Positions 1-12,300 of a stretch of DNA of 64,000 nucleotides are shown here, in pieces. The DNA lies in contig NIVC01002293.1 in the NCBI GenBank assembly GCA_002269645.1, positions 62,001-126,000 on the forward strand, written 5' to 3'. The stretch comes from Macrostomum lignano (Eukaryota). Under the pieces are notes generated by a model. The model had not been told where the DNA came from, did not search any database, and worked only from the letters and a program-made list of their open reading frames with translations. A program made the position numbers and the translations under genes. Positions within the stretch are counted from its first letter, which is position 1. Every line of letters begins with the position of its first letter.

Positions 1-3000
1 TTCTCCTCAAGGACCAGGTTGGGATCGGCATCAGTTTCCATCGGCTCGGCTCCGTCTGGCGCTTCCAGATCGTCTATGGCCAAAGCCGCCTGCGGCGCCG
101 CCGGCCCGCCGGCCACCGGGTAGACCGGCTGGCCGCTGGTGAACAGGGCCTTGAGGTCGCGATACTTCCGGTGCGGCACCCGGCCGCCGGGGCCTTCGAG
201 TTCGCGCAGCTCGGCCACCCGACAGGCCACGTCCACCAGGTCGGACACAGCCAGCCAGCAGTGGCCGTAGCGGCGCTCCCACTGCCGCTGGCGGCGCTGT
301 TTGGCCGCCTCCTCGCGAAGTAGCCGCTCCTGTTGGAACTCCTCCTGCGGGCGGGAATGATGGAGATTCCAGTTGCAGCTGGGGAGGGGGGGAGGCAGGG
401 AGACACAGGGGAGGCAGGGAGACACAGGGGAGGCAGGGAGACACAGGGGAGGCAGGGAGACACAGGGGAGGCAGGGAGACACAGGGGAGGCAGGGAGACA
501 CAGGGGAGGCAGGGAGATACAGGGGAGGCAGGGAGACTCAGGGGAGGCAGGGAGACACAGGGGAGGCAGGGAGACACAGGGGAGGCAGGGAGACACACGA
601 GAGGCGGGTGAGACACACGAGAGGCGGGTGAGACACAAGAGAGGCGGGTGAGACACACGAGAGGCGGGTGAGACACAAGAGAGGCGGGTGAGACACAAGA
701 GAGGCGGGTGAGACACACGAGAGGCGGGTGAGACACACGAGAGGCGGGTGAGACACAAGAGAGGCGGGTGAGACACACGAGAGGCGGGTGAGACACAAGA
801 GAGGCGGGTGAGACACACGAGAGGCGGGTGAGACACAAGAGAGGCGGGTGAGACACAAGAGAGGCGGGTGAGACACAAGAGAGGCGGGTGAGACCGTCCC
901 CTCACCTCGTACTCGGCCCGCGCCCTCTCAGCCAGGGCTTTCTCTCTGTCGAGCGCTTCCTGAAATTCGGCCTCGCGCCGCTCCTGATATTGGCGCTCCC
1001 GCTCGCGCCGGTTCCGCTTCAGGACGTCTTTCTCGCGGCGCGCCTGCAGCAGCTGGACGGCGATACGGCGCTCGAGCTGCGACTGGCGCATCAGCTTGCC
1101 GGCAAGGCTGGCCTCCCGCTGAAGCTCCTCCTGCTGCTCGTGAGCCCGCAGGCAGTCCACCAAAACTTTTCGTCGGCGCCGTTCGCGCGCCGCCCGCGCC
1201 TCGGCGTCCTCGGCTAGGCGGCGCCGAATTTTGGCGATGTACGCGTCGTTGGAGGCGGGCTTGATGTAGTCGGTGGGGTCGCTGGTGGCCGCCTGTTGCA
1301 GCGGCTGCAGCGTCGCCGCTCCTCGCTGCTGCCCTGTCGGCTGCTCGAAATCCTCGCTGGTGCCGCTGGCTGAGGAGTCCGGACGGTCGGGACCGGCCGC
1401 GCCGGAGTCGCCCGTCGGCTGCAGGGTGCGGCTCAGGCGCTCCTCGAAGCCATCCAGGGCCTGCATGGCGGCGGCGGCCTCCTGCCGACGGCGCTGCTGC
1501 CGGCGGTGATCCATGGCCGCCGCGGTGCGGTTCGGCGGCGGCTTCGGGATGTGCACGATGGCCGCTCTGCGGGCGGGGACGGCGGGGCGGGAGTTTATGG
1601 GTTTTCTTTGCGGGGTGTCTTTGCGGGGTGTCTTTGCGGGGTGTCTTTGCGGGATGTCTTTGCGGGATGTCTTTGCGGGGTGTCTTTGCGGGGTGTCTTT
1701 GCGGGATGTCTTTGCGGGGTGTCTGTGGGGTGTCTTTGCGGGGTGTCTTTGCGGGGTATCTTTGGGGGATGTCTTTGCGGGGTGTCTTTGCGGGGTGTCT
1801 TTGCGGGGTGTCTTTACGGGGTGTCTGTGGGATGTCTTTGCGGGGTGTCTTTGCGGGGTGTCTTTGCGGGGTGTCTTTGCGGGGTGTCTTTACGGGGTGT
1901 CCTCCTTGTAGCTTCTACCTGGTATCTTTGCGGGGTGTCTTTGCGGGGTGTCTTTGCGGGGTGTCTTTGCGGGGTGTCTTTGCGGGGTGTCTTTGTAGGG
2001 TGTCTGCGGGGTGTCTTCCTTGTAACTTCTGCCTGGTGTCTTTGCGGGGTGTCCTTGTGTGGGTCTCTAAGTAAGGTGTCTTTGAGTGAATGTATTATTT
2101 ATGTATCAATGAGATTCTGCTTGTGAGCTTGTCTTCAGGAGGTTTCTCTTTTCTCTTTCTTTCGACTTGTAACAGCATGTACGAGACCTTAGTGAGTCTT
2201 AGGGGCTGGCCTGACTCACTGAATTTTGGCCATCTGCTCGGCCTGCATGAGCTGCACCTGCTTGCTGCGGTCCAGCTGCTTCTGCCGCCTGTCCTGGTTG
2301 TCCCTCCTGTGCGCCTCGGCGCTCTCGATTCGACCTTTGAGCGCGCGCTCCTCCAGCCGCACCTGTTTAGAGACGGACAGGTGAAACTTCTCAGAAGGTT
2401 TTCAAAGATTTTCAAAGAAATGAACTTTCCCAGCCTTCCACTGAAGTTGTTCTTGATAGGAAGGTAGTGAAGAAGAGAGGCGCCTCACCTGATGCTGATG
2501 GAACCTGTCGATGAGCTCCTGCAGGTTGAGGTCGGTCTGCCTCGGGGTCACCTGCTTGAGCCGCTGCCGGTAAATCAGCGACTCCATGCTCTGCAGCTTG
2601 GCAGGCGCAGCCGGCCGCATGGTCTCCATGGCAACGCCGGTCAGGTTGGCCTTCTTCTTGTTCTCCAGCGCGATGAAGATCTGGTACATGAGGCGGGTGG
2701 CGGTGCCCGGTTCTTCGGTCATGATGTCTCGGGCGGTGCTGGTGTCGAAGGGCACTCCGAGCAGGTGCAGCACGGGCTCGATTCGGGTGAAATTATTGAT
2801 TTTTGACTCGGACACCCTGCGAAGTTGAGACGGATTTTGTTGCAGTTTTCTGTTTTGCGACTTTTCAATGTCAGATTGAACTACTTGAAGTAGTATATTT
2901 AATTCGTTTATATTTAATCGTTCGTATTTGATGCTGTTTAAATGCAAATAGATGACTCTGTTCTGCTATTTAGACCTAGCTCGTACATAAGTTAGTACAT

Positions 3001-3927
3001 TTTGGAAGAATCTAAAAAATAATATCGTGATGTTCGCTTTGATAGATTTAAACTAAGTTGTTTTCATACTATTCTGAGTACATGAAGATGTCAATTCAGA
3101 TTTAAATCAAATTCTCACTTGGACTTGGAGAATCGGTCAAAGTCATCCTGGAGCTCGTATTTATGCAGCACCTCTCCGATCAGATAGCCGTTGGCGAATT
3201 CCTTTTCGAAATTCTCTGGATCTGGGCAAGTGTAGAATGGTATGGGAAAAGTTAAATAATATTTGTCTTTTTAGTAAATTTATACAATGAGTTAAACCAT
3301 ATATCTACAAACTATGCTATATTGCTACTATTTTGTTATTTTTATAGGCTCTTACATTTATTTAATTATAAAAAATGATAATACATATTTTATAATTATT
3401 TTTATTTTATAAAACTGTTAAAGCAAAGAATATCTATTAAATAAAGTCTTAATGCTAATCTGAGAGAGAAGTTCTACTTGGTATGCCTTCTCTTTTTCGA
3501 ATTTTTTTAAGTATACGACTATTCGCATAATATTTTAGTTCGTAATTGTACCAAATCCTAAATGATTCTTTCACATTTAACTGTTAAATCGAATAATCAA
3601 TGCTAAAATATTTGTAACCATATTTTATTGTGAAATTCTTTAGACTGTTTGTATAAATTACAAGGATGAAAGAAAGGCAACAAAGATGACAAAATAAGAC
3701 AAATCTATTCAGGAAGTTATGTTTAAAGTGGCTATGTCTGATGAGCCTAAAAATTGCTACAATGAATTAAAAATGTGAAACATTAAGACCTTTTTACTAT
3801 TTTTTCCGTTGCTTGTACAAAAATTTTAAGATTTCTAAAATACGCTCGTAAGAGCAGCTTGTCACTTACTGATAGGAATAGAGACTTCTAGGCCCTTGTT
3901 GAGCCAGTCACATAAAATTTCTGTCAT
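1..3927 (-). CDS. SPEF2: Sperm flagellar protein 2 (SPEF2/KPL2), 5' part; gene continues past the left edge
   Basis: Phase-consistent GT-AG exons: 3927-3870, 3221-3119, 2816-2489, 2362-2220, 1566-906, 344-<1. Translation: MTEILCDWLNKGLEVSIPINPENFEKEFANGYLIGEVLHKYELQDDFDRFSKSKVSESKINNFTRIEPVLHLLGVPFD...PRQTDLNL...QMAKIQAAIVHIPKPP. This matches my recollection of the N-terminal CH domain and coiled coil of human SPEF2 (MSEILCQWLN...GYLLGEVLHKFELQDDF...NNFSRLEPTL...IMAKIQAAIIQIPKP). Confidence 0.93.
389..893. repeat. Two adjacent minisatellites (19-bp then 20-bp unit) in SPEF2 intron 5
   Basis: (GGGGAGGCAGGGAGACACA)n at about 389-596, then (GAGAGGCGGGTGAGACACA[A/C])n at about 597-893. Confidence 0.95.
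1605..2055. repeat. 13-bp minisatellite in SPEF2 intron 4
   Basis: (TCTTTGCGGGGTG)n with variants. Confidence 0.95.
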
Positions 3928-4026
3928 CTTTAGCACTGCACCGTGACCAACGATCTGACGCAGTAGCGAAGTTAAAAAAATGCCGTATCAGAAACGCATT
4001 TGAAATTGCACCATAAGCGTAGCTCC

Positions 4027-4065
4027 CGTTGCTATGGGCTGTTCACACTCGTTATCAACGAGAAC
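4027..4065. promoter_or_regulatory. Possible degenerate RFX X-box motif(s) about 100 bp upstream of the SPEF2 ATG
   Basis: CGTTGCTATGG half-site and GTTATC-AAC-GAGAAC. RFX factors regulate ciliary genes, but neither site is a full consensus match. Confidence 0.2.
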
Positions 4066-4383
4066 GGTTAAAACGAAGTGACACTAAGGCCTGGATACTA
4101 ATAATATAATACTTCAAATTCCTACTTTTCAATGAGACTTTTTGTTTCCAATAATTTTTATCTACCTCGAAGTAAGAATGTCACTAATTCACGAAAAACA
4201 AAATGAACTCGGCAATTCAGATCTCGATATGCTCTAATTTTAACAATGCAACAACCCAAGTTTACAACTCAATTGTAAAAGAAACTGTGATCAAGAAAAA
4301 ACACGAAAAGAAAACTGTACTTGTAAACGTTAACTTCTCTTTCCATTATTAAACCGATTTTAATCTTCATTACATGTATATGT

Positions 4384-4427
4384 CAAGGACCACTAGAAGT
4401 TACCAAGGTAACTTCTAGTGGTCCTTG
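4384..4427. mobile_element. 44-bp palindromic mini-element with 8-bp TSD
   Basis: 21-bp perfect arms CAAGGACCACTAGAAGTTACC / GGTAACTTCTAGTGGTCCTTG around an AA loop. Flanked by GTATATGT at 4376-4383 and 4428-4435. Confidence 0.7.
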
Positions 4428-4482
4428 GTATATGTATCTTCCTATCTAGATACTTGTATTCATAAATGCATTTTGCTTGATT

Positions 4483-5254
4483 TTCCTTTTTGCGGCCTAG
4501 TTGGTACTGCAAGCTTTCAATTTAATCATAGATACGGAAATCAGGCTTGCGAGACTAAAAATTTTCGGTCTATGGTCGACACTCGCTGGCATAGCGGAGT
4601 TCAATTTAATCTTGGCGGCATCAGTTTGATCATTCTATGTTTTCAAAGCACATTTTTACTGGGATCGTAACTTTTTTTAACTTGTTTTTTACATCATATG
4701 ATCCTCGGAGAGACTATGATGGCATCCAGGTTCCAGAAGTTCATCAATGATCTGGTGCAAAGCGTGAAGAGTCGTGATGTACCTGATGGCGAGGAGTTCT
4801 GTGTGATCATGGATGGAGCCCGTTTTCATCATGAAGGGACAATCCCAGATCAATTTCAGCCCGCTTGGCGACTAGTGACATTGCCGATCCTTACTCGTCG
4901 TTCCTCAATCCTGTGGAGAACGCGCACGCCTGCCTGGGCAGCCATCAAACGCCAGCTGGCTCAACCACAATTGCAAGAGAGCTGGACACTCCCGCCTGAT
5001 GGTCATTCGCTACGAGAGTGGCGAATCCGGCCTTGTCCCACAGAGGGTTGCAGAGGAAGCGAATTTTGTTTTAACACAGGATATCTAACGTTAAATGATT
5101 AGAATGATCAAATTGATGCCCCCAGGATTAAATTGAACTCCGCTATGCCAACGAGTGTCGACCATAGACAGAAAATTTTCAGTCTCGCAAGCCTGATTTC
5201 CGTATCTATGATTGAATTGAAAGCTTGCAGAACTAACTAGGCCGCAAAAAGGAA
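4483..5254 (+). mobile_element. Internally deleted IS630/Tc1/mariner-type DNA transposon with ~165-bp TIRs and a frameshifted DDE transposase remnant
   Basis: About 4483-4647 is the near-perfect reverse complement of about 5100-5254. The interior encodes VIMDGARFHH and, after a frameshift, PYSSFLNPVENA, matching the IS630/Tc1 D-N-A-x-x-H and PYSP-x-LNPIE motifs. Confidence 0.8.
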
Positions 5255-6335
5255 TATTTTAAATAAGCATTTTTTGACATTGAGCGATGACTCAATTAAA
5301 TGATTAGTTAAGGGGCAATGTTTTTAGGCTCAATACACTGGAGGTAACCCAATATTTTTTGTGGGTTCGGCCTTCTCAAGCTCTTTGATCGGAGGCGATT
5401 GCCGGCCGTTAGAGCATAGAAATCAATCACGATCAATACTGTCCTCCAACCAGGGAAACTAGAAAAGCTAGTAGAAGACGGCAAGGGACAAGCAGGGAGA
5501 ATTTAAAAGATAGAAAAGTAATCCAGCTGGCATTAATTAAGCCACCATTACTACCTCCACAGTCGCAGACCAAACAGATGGCTACCAGGCCTTCATCAGG
5601 CGAAAACCTACACAGTCTTCAGAGTTCGCACTAGCGCAAACTGTGAACTGCTTCCCTTGTTTTTGAGGCCAGCCAAGAGGACTCTCGGCCGAGGACGTCT
5701 AGAGATTTCAGCGGTGGACTGCATGGAAGCCAGAATTAACTTCACTCCCCTATGATGCCAGCGTGGAAAATTTTATAATTTGTGATGCAGAATGGACAGA
5801 AAATCACCTTTTGCCTAAAAGATGAAGAAACTTTGTATTAAGTATGACAGGTTGTCTTTTTTTCTCTATTTGTCCTCTACTATCGCGTTGACACACTATA
5901 ATACAGCTTCCAGTCTACCGGTGCTATTTTCAGAAGTCCCTGACTCAGTACAATGAGTAGATATTCACCTTTTTGATAAAGGCCCGCTTGCAGACGGTTA
6001 GCTGTACATCTACATAGCTTTTGAGACACTACTGCTTCAGCCAGTCACCTTATTCACATCTCGCACAGCTCCTGCTCTAACCCCCCTCGCTAACTCTCTT
6101 CTCCGCAGCAAGAGGCTGCCTTATTCAAGCCAATTTGATGGGGCAACCCCCGCCGGTCTCTGTACCACTGTAGCCATCAGCTCAATCCCATGCAGCTTAA
6201 AATGCTTGACAGGAAGCACTTTGATTATTTGGTGTAAAGAGTCTGTAGTCGCAGCGGGTGCCCCGAACTGTTGCGCTTAATTGCTTGTTGCTTCTTTTAA
6301 TTTTCTGCAACACGACCCGCGGCTGCGAAATCGAA

Positions 6336-9300
6336 ATGATGCGAAATCATATGAAGCGGATCGGCTCGTTTTTGAAGGGGGAGTCGCCGAGCGAGCCGGC
6401 TGGAATCAGGAGAAGGATTAGGTAAGTGAAACAGAAGCTGCACGGCAGGTCTGGCTGCTCACAGGGGGAACTCTTAATCAGACATCAGGAAAACACGTGT
6501 GAGCGTGGTAAGTGACAGACCTGAGTCAAAGAGGCAATTAGCCACCGAATAGAGTGGCCCTGTGACACACAGTGACTCAGTGACACAGTGACACTGTGAC
6601 GAAGTGACATAGTGACAGTGTGACAAGAGACATAGTGACAGTGAGACAAAGTGACACAGTGACACTGTGACGAAGTGACATAGTGACAGTGTGACAAGAG
6701 ACATAGTGACAGTGAGACAAAGTGACACAGTGACAGTGTGACAAAGTGACACATTGACAGTGTGACAAAGTGACACAGTGACAGTGTGACAAAGTGACAT
6801 AGTGACAGTGTGATAAAACATAGTGACAGTGTGATAAGACATAGTGACAGTGTGACAGAGACATAGTGACAGTGTGATAAGACATAGTGACAGTGTGACA
6901 AAGAGACATAGTGAAAGTGTGACAAAGTGACACAGCGACTCAGTGACACAAAGACAAAGTAACACAGTGACTCAGTGACTCAGTGACATAGTGACTCAGT
7001 GACTCTGTGATACAGTGACTCAGTGACTCTCTAATACGAGCTACAGTGACTCGATCAGAGACACAATAGAGAATTTCTTACACAACTGACAGAATCATGC
7101 AAGAAGTTCACTCCGCACCCACGCACCCGTTGCCAGGCGCCCCAGCAACCTGGCATTCAAAGTGGACCACTCGGCTTCCCCGACGAAGTCGATCCTGCAG
7201 TCACTGCTGACTCTCTACGGGCTGATGGCGCTGATGCTGGGGGTGGTGATCCCCATCAGCGACGCCTTGACCAAGCCGGTGGAGCACGCGGATTATCGAC
7301 AGGTCTGAGACAGCGGCTGTTTGGTCCAGCGAAATCTGTGCTTTTATGCAATATTTTGTCTATGGCCAAAATCAGCAGACTTAACGTGCCATTGCAAAGT
7401 CCGACAATAATTTGCGTTCTATATGCCTAAAGCAAGTAGTTGAAACTGGCTGACTCCACAGAAACATTGCTTCACTTCTTTGAATAGCATTGTTTGACTC
7501 CCAAAGAAATGTCGATTGACCCCCTTCCTACAAACGTCGGTTGACGCCCAGATGCGTTGATTGACCTCCCCAATGAAACGTCGATTGACCAACACCACAA
7601 GAAGCTTCCACTGACCACACGTTCCTAGAAACGTCGATTGACCCCCTATAAAACATTTTGATTGACCTCTCATCAAAAAACGTCGGTTGACCCCCTTTCT
7701 TCGGAACGTCGACTGCCACCGCCCCAAGAAACGTCTATTGACCCCCACCCCAAGAAACGTCGATTGACCCCTACCCCAAGAAACGTCTATTGACCCCCAC
7801 CCCAAGAAACGTCTATTAACCCCCACCCCAAGAAACGTCTATTAACCCCCACCCCAAGAAACGTCGATTGACCCCCACCCCAAGAAACGTCGATTGATCC
7901 CCCTTTCTTCGGAACGTCGATTGCCCCCGCCCCAAGAAACGTCTATTGACCCCCACCCCAAGAAACGTCTATTGACCCGCACCCCAAGAAACGTCGATTG
8001 ATCCCCCTTTCTTCGGAACGTCGATTGCCCCCCCCCACCCCAAGAAACGTCGATTGACCCCTACCCCAAGAAACGTCGATCGACCCCCACCCCAAGAAAC
8101 GTCTATTGACCCCCACCCCAAGAAACGTCTATTGACCCCCACCCCAAGAAACATCGATTGATCCCCCTTTCTTCGGAACGTCGATTGCCCCCCCCCCACC
8201 CCAAGAAACGTCGATTGACCCCTACCCCAAGAAACGTCGATCGACCCCCACCCCAAGAAACGTCTATTGACCCCCACCCAAGAAACGTCTATTGACCCCC
8301 ACCCCAAGAAACGTCGATTGACCCCCACCCAAGAAACGTCGATTGATCCCCCTTTCTTCGGAACGTCGATTGCCCCCCCCACCCCAAGAAACGTCGATTG
8401 ACCCCTACCCCAAGAAACGTCGATCGACCCCCACCCCAAGAAACGTCTATTGACCCCCACCCCAAGAAACGTCTATTGACCCCCACCCCAAGAAACGTCT
8501 ATTGACCCCCACCCCAAGAAACGTCGATTGATCCCCCCTTCTTCTGAACGTCGATTGCCCCCCCCACCCAAGAAACGTCGATTGACCCCTACCCCAAGAA
8601 ACGTCGATCGACCCCCACCCCAAGAAACGTCTATTGACCCCACCCCAAGAAACGTCTATTGACCCCCACCCAAGAAACATCGATTGATCCCCCTTTCTTC
8701 GGAACGTCGATTGCCCCCCCCACCCCAAGAAACGTCGATTGACCCCTACCCCAAGAAACGTCGATCGACCCCCACCCCAAGAAACGTCTATTGACCCCCA
8801 CCCCAAGAAACGTCGATTGACCCCTACCCCAAGAAACGTCTATTGACCCCCACCCCAAGAAACGTCTATTGACCCCCACCCCAAGAAACGTCGATTGACC
8901 CCCACCCCAAGAAACGTCGATTGATCCCCCTTTCTTCGGAACGTCGATTGCCCCCGCCCCAAGAAACGTCTATTGACCCCCACCCCAAGAAACGTCTATT
9001 GACCCCCACCCCAAGAAACGTCTATTGACCCCCACCCAAGAAACGTCGATTGATCCCCCTTTCTTCGGAACGTCGATTGCCCCCCCCCACCCCAAGAAAC
9101 GTCGATTGACCCCTACCCAAGAAACGTCGATCGACCCCCACCCCAAGAAACGTCTATTGACCCCCACCCCAAGAAACGTCTATTGACCCCTACCCAAGAA
9201 ACGTCTATTGACCCCCACCCCAAGAAACGTCTATTGACCCCCACCCCAAGAAACGTCGATTGATCCCCCTTTCTTCGGAACGTCGATTGCCCCCCCCACC

Positions 9301-12300
9301 CCAAGAAACGTCGATTGACCCCTACCCCAAGAAACGTCGATCGACCCCCACCCAAGAAACGTCTATTGACCCCCACCCCAAGAAACGTCTATTGACCCCC
9401 ACCCCAAGAAACGTCTATTGACCCCCACCCCAAGAAACGTCGATTGATCCCCCCTTCTTCTGAACGTCGATTGCCCCCCCCACCCCAAGAAACGTCGATT
9501 GACCCCTACCCCAAGAAACGTCGATCGACCCCCACCCCAAGAAACGTCTATTGACCCCCACCCCAAGAAACGTCTATTGACCCCACCCAAGAAACATCGA
9601 TTGATCCCCCTTTCTTCGGAACGTCGATTGCCCCCCCCACCCCAAGAAACGTCGATTGACCCCTACCCAAGAAACGTCGATCGACCCCCACCCCAAGAAA
9701 CGTCTATTGACCCCCACCCCAAGAAACGTCGATCGACCCCCACCCCAAGAAACGTCTATTGACCCCCACCCCAAGAAACGTCTATTGACCCCACCCCAAG
9801 AAACGTCGATTGACCCCCACCCCAAGAAACGTCGATTGATCCCCCTTTCTTCGGAACGTCGATTGCCCCCGCCCCAAGAAACGTCTATTGACCCCCACCC
9901 CAAGAAACGTCGATTGATCCCCCTTTCTTCGGAACGTCGATTGCCCCCCACCCCAAGAAACGTCGATTGACCCCTACCCCAAGAAACGTCGATCGACCCC
10001 CACCCCAAGAAACGTCTATTGACCCCACCCCAAGAAACGTCTATTGACCCCCACCCCAAGAAACGTCGATTGATCCCCCTTTCTTCGGAACGTCGATTGC
10101 CCCCCCACCCAAGAAACGTCGATTGACCCCTACCCCAAGAAACGTCGATCGACCCCCACCCCAAGAAACGTCTATTGACCCCCACCCCAAGAAACGTCGA
10201 TTGACCCCTACCCCAAGAAACGTCTATTGACCCCCACCCAAGAAACGTCTATTGACCCCCACCCCAAGAAACGTCGATTGACCCCCACCCCAAGAAACGT
10301 CGATTGATCCCCCTTTCTTCGGAACGTCGATTGCCCCCGCCCAAGAAACGTCTATTGACCCCCACCCCAAGAAACGTCTATTGACCCCCACCCCAAGAAA
10401 CGTCTATTGACCCCCACCCCAAGAAACGTCGATTGATCCCCCTTTCTTCGGAACGTCGATTGCCCCCCCCCCACCCCAAGAAACGTCGATTGACCCCCAC
10501 CCCAAGAAACGTCGATCGACCCCCACCCCAAGAAACGTCTATTGACCCCCACCCCAAGAAACGTCTATTGACCCCCACCCCAAGAAACATCGATTGATCC
10601 CCCTTTCTTCGGAACGTCGATTGCCCCCCCCCCCCCCAAGAAACGTCGATTGACCCCTACCCCAAGAAACGTCGATCGACCTCCACCCCAAGAAACGTCT
10701 ATTGACCCCCACCCCAAAAAACGTCGATTGGCCCCTACCCCAAGAAACGTCTATTGACCCCCACCCCAAGAAACGTCTATTGACCCCCACCCCAAGAAAC
10801 GTCGATTGACCCCCACCCCAAGAAACGTCGATTGATCCCCCTTTCTTCGGAACGTCGATTGCCCCCGCCCCAAGAAACGTCTATTGACCCCCACCCCAAG
10901 AAACGTCTATTGACCCCCACCCCAAGAAACGTCTATTGACCCCCACCCCAAGAAACGTCGATTGATCCCCTTTTCTTCGGAACGTCGATTGCCCCCCCAC
11001 CCCAAGAAACGTCGATTGACCCCTACCCCAAGAAACGTCGATCGACCCCCACCCCAAGAAACGTCTATTGACCCCCACCCCAAGAAACGTCTATTGACCC
11101 CCACCCCAAGAAACGTCGATTGATCCCCCTTTCTTCGGAACGTCGATTGCCCCCCCCCCCACCCCAAGAAACGTCGATTGACCCCTACCCCAAGAAACGT
11201 CGATCGACCCCACCCCAAGAAACGTCTATTGACCCCACCCCAAGAAACGTCTATTGACCCCCACCCCAAGAAACATCGATTGATCCCCCTTTCTTCGGAA
11301 CGTCGATTGCCCCCCCCACCCCAAGAAACGTCGATTGACCCCTACCCCAAGAAACGTCGATCGACCCCCACCCCAAGAAACGTCTATTGACCCCCACCCC
11401 AAGAAACGTCTATTGACCCCCACCCCAAGAAACGTCGATTGACCCCCACCCCAAGAAACGTCGATTGATCCCCCTTTCTTCGGAACGTCGATTGCCCCCC
11501 CACCCCAAGAAACGTCGATTGACCCCTACCCCAAGAAACGTCGATCGACCCCCACCCCAAGAAACGTCTATTGACCCCCACCCCAAGAAACGTCGATTGA
11601 CCCCTACCCCAAGAAACGTCTATTGACCCCCACCCCAAGAAACGTCGATTGACCCCCACCCCAAGAAACGTCGATTGACCCCCACCCCAAGAAACGTCGA
11701 TTGATCCCCCTTTCTTCGGAACGTCGATTGCCCCCGCCCCAAGAAACGTCTATTGACCCCCACCCCAAGAAACGTCGATTGACCCCCACCCCAAGAAACG
11801 TCTATTGACCCCCACCCCAAGAAACGTCGATTGATCCCCTTTCTTCGGAACGTCGATTGCCCCCCACCCCAAGAAAAATCGATTGACCCCTACCCAAGAA
11901 ACGTCGATCGACCCCCACCCCAAGAAACGTCTATTGACCCCCACCCCAAGAAACGTCTATTGACCCCTACCCCAAGAAACGTCTATTGACCCCACCCCAA
12001 GAAACGTCTATTGACCCCCACCCCAAGAAACGTCGATTGATCCCCCTTTCTTCGGAACGTCGATTGCCCCCCCCCCACCCAAGAAACGTCGATTGACCCC
12101 TACCCCAAGAAACGTCGATCGACCCCCACCCAAGAAACGTCTATTGACCCCCACCCCAAGAAACGTCTATTGACCCCCACCCCAAGAAACGTCGATTGAT
12201 CCCCCCTTCTTCTGAACGTCGATTGCCCCCCCCACCCCAAGAAACGTCGATTGACCCCTACCCAAGAAACGTCGATCGACCCCCACCCCAAGAAACGTCT

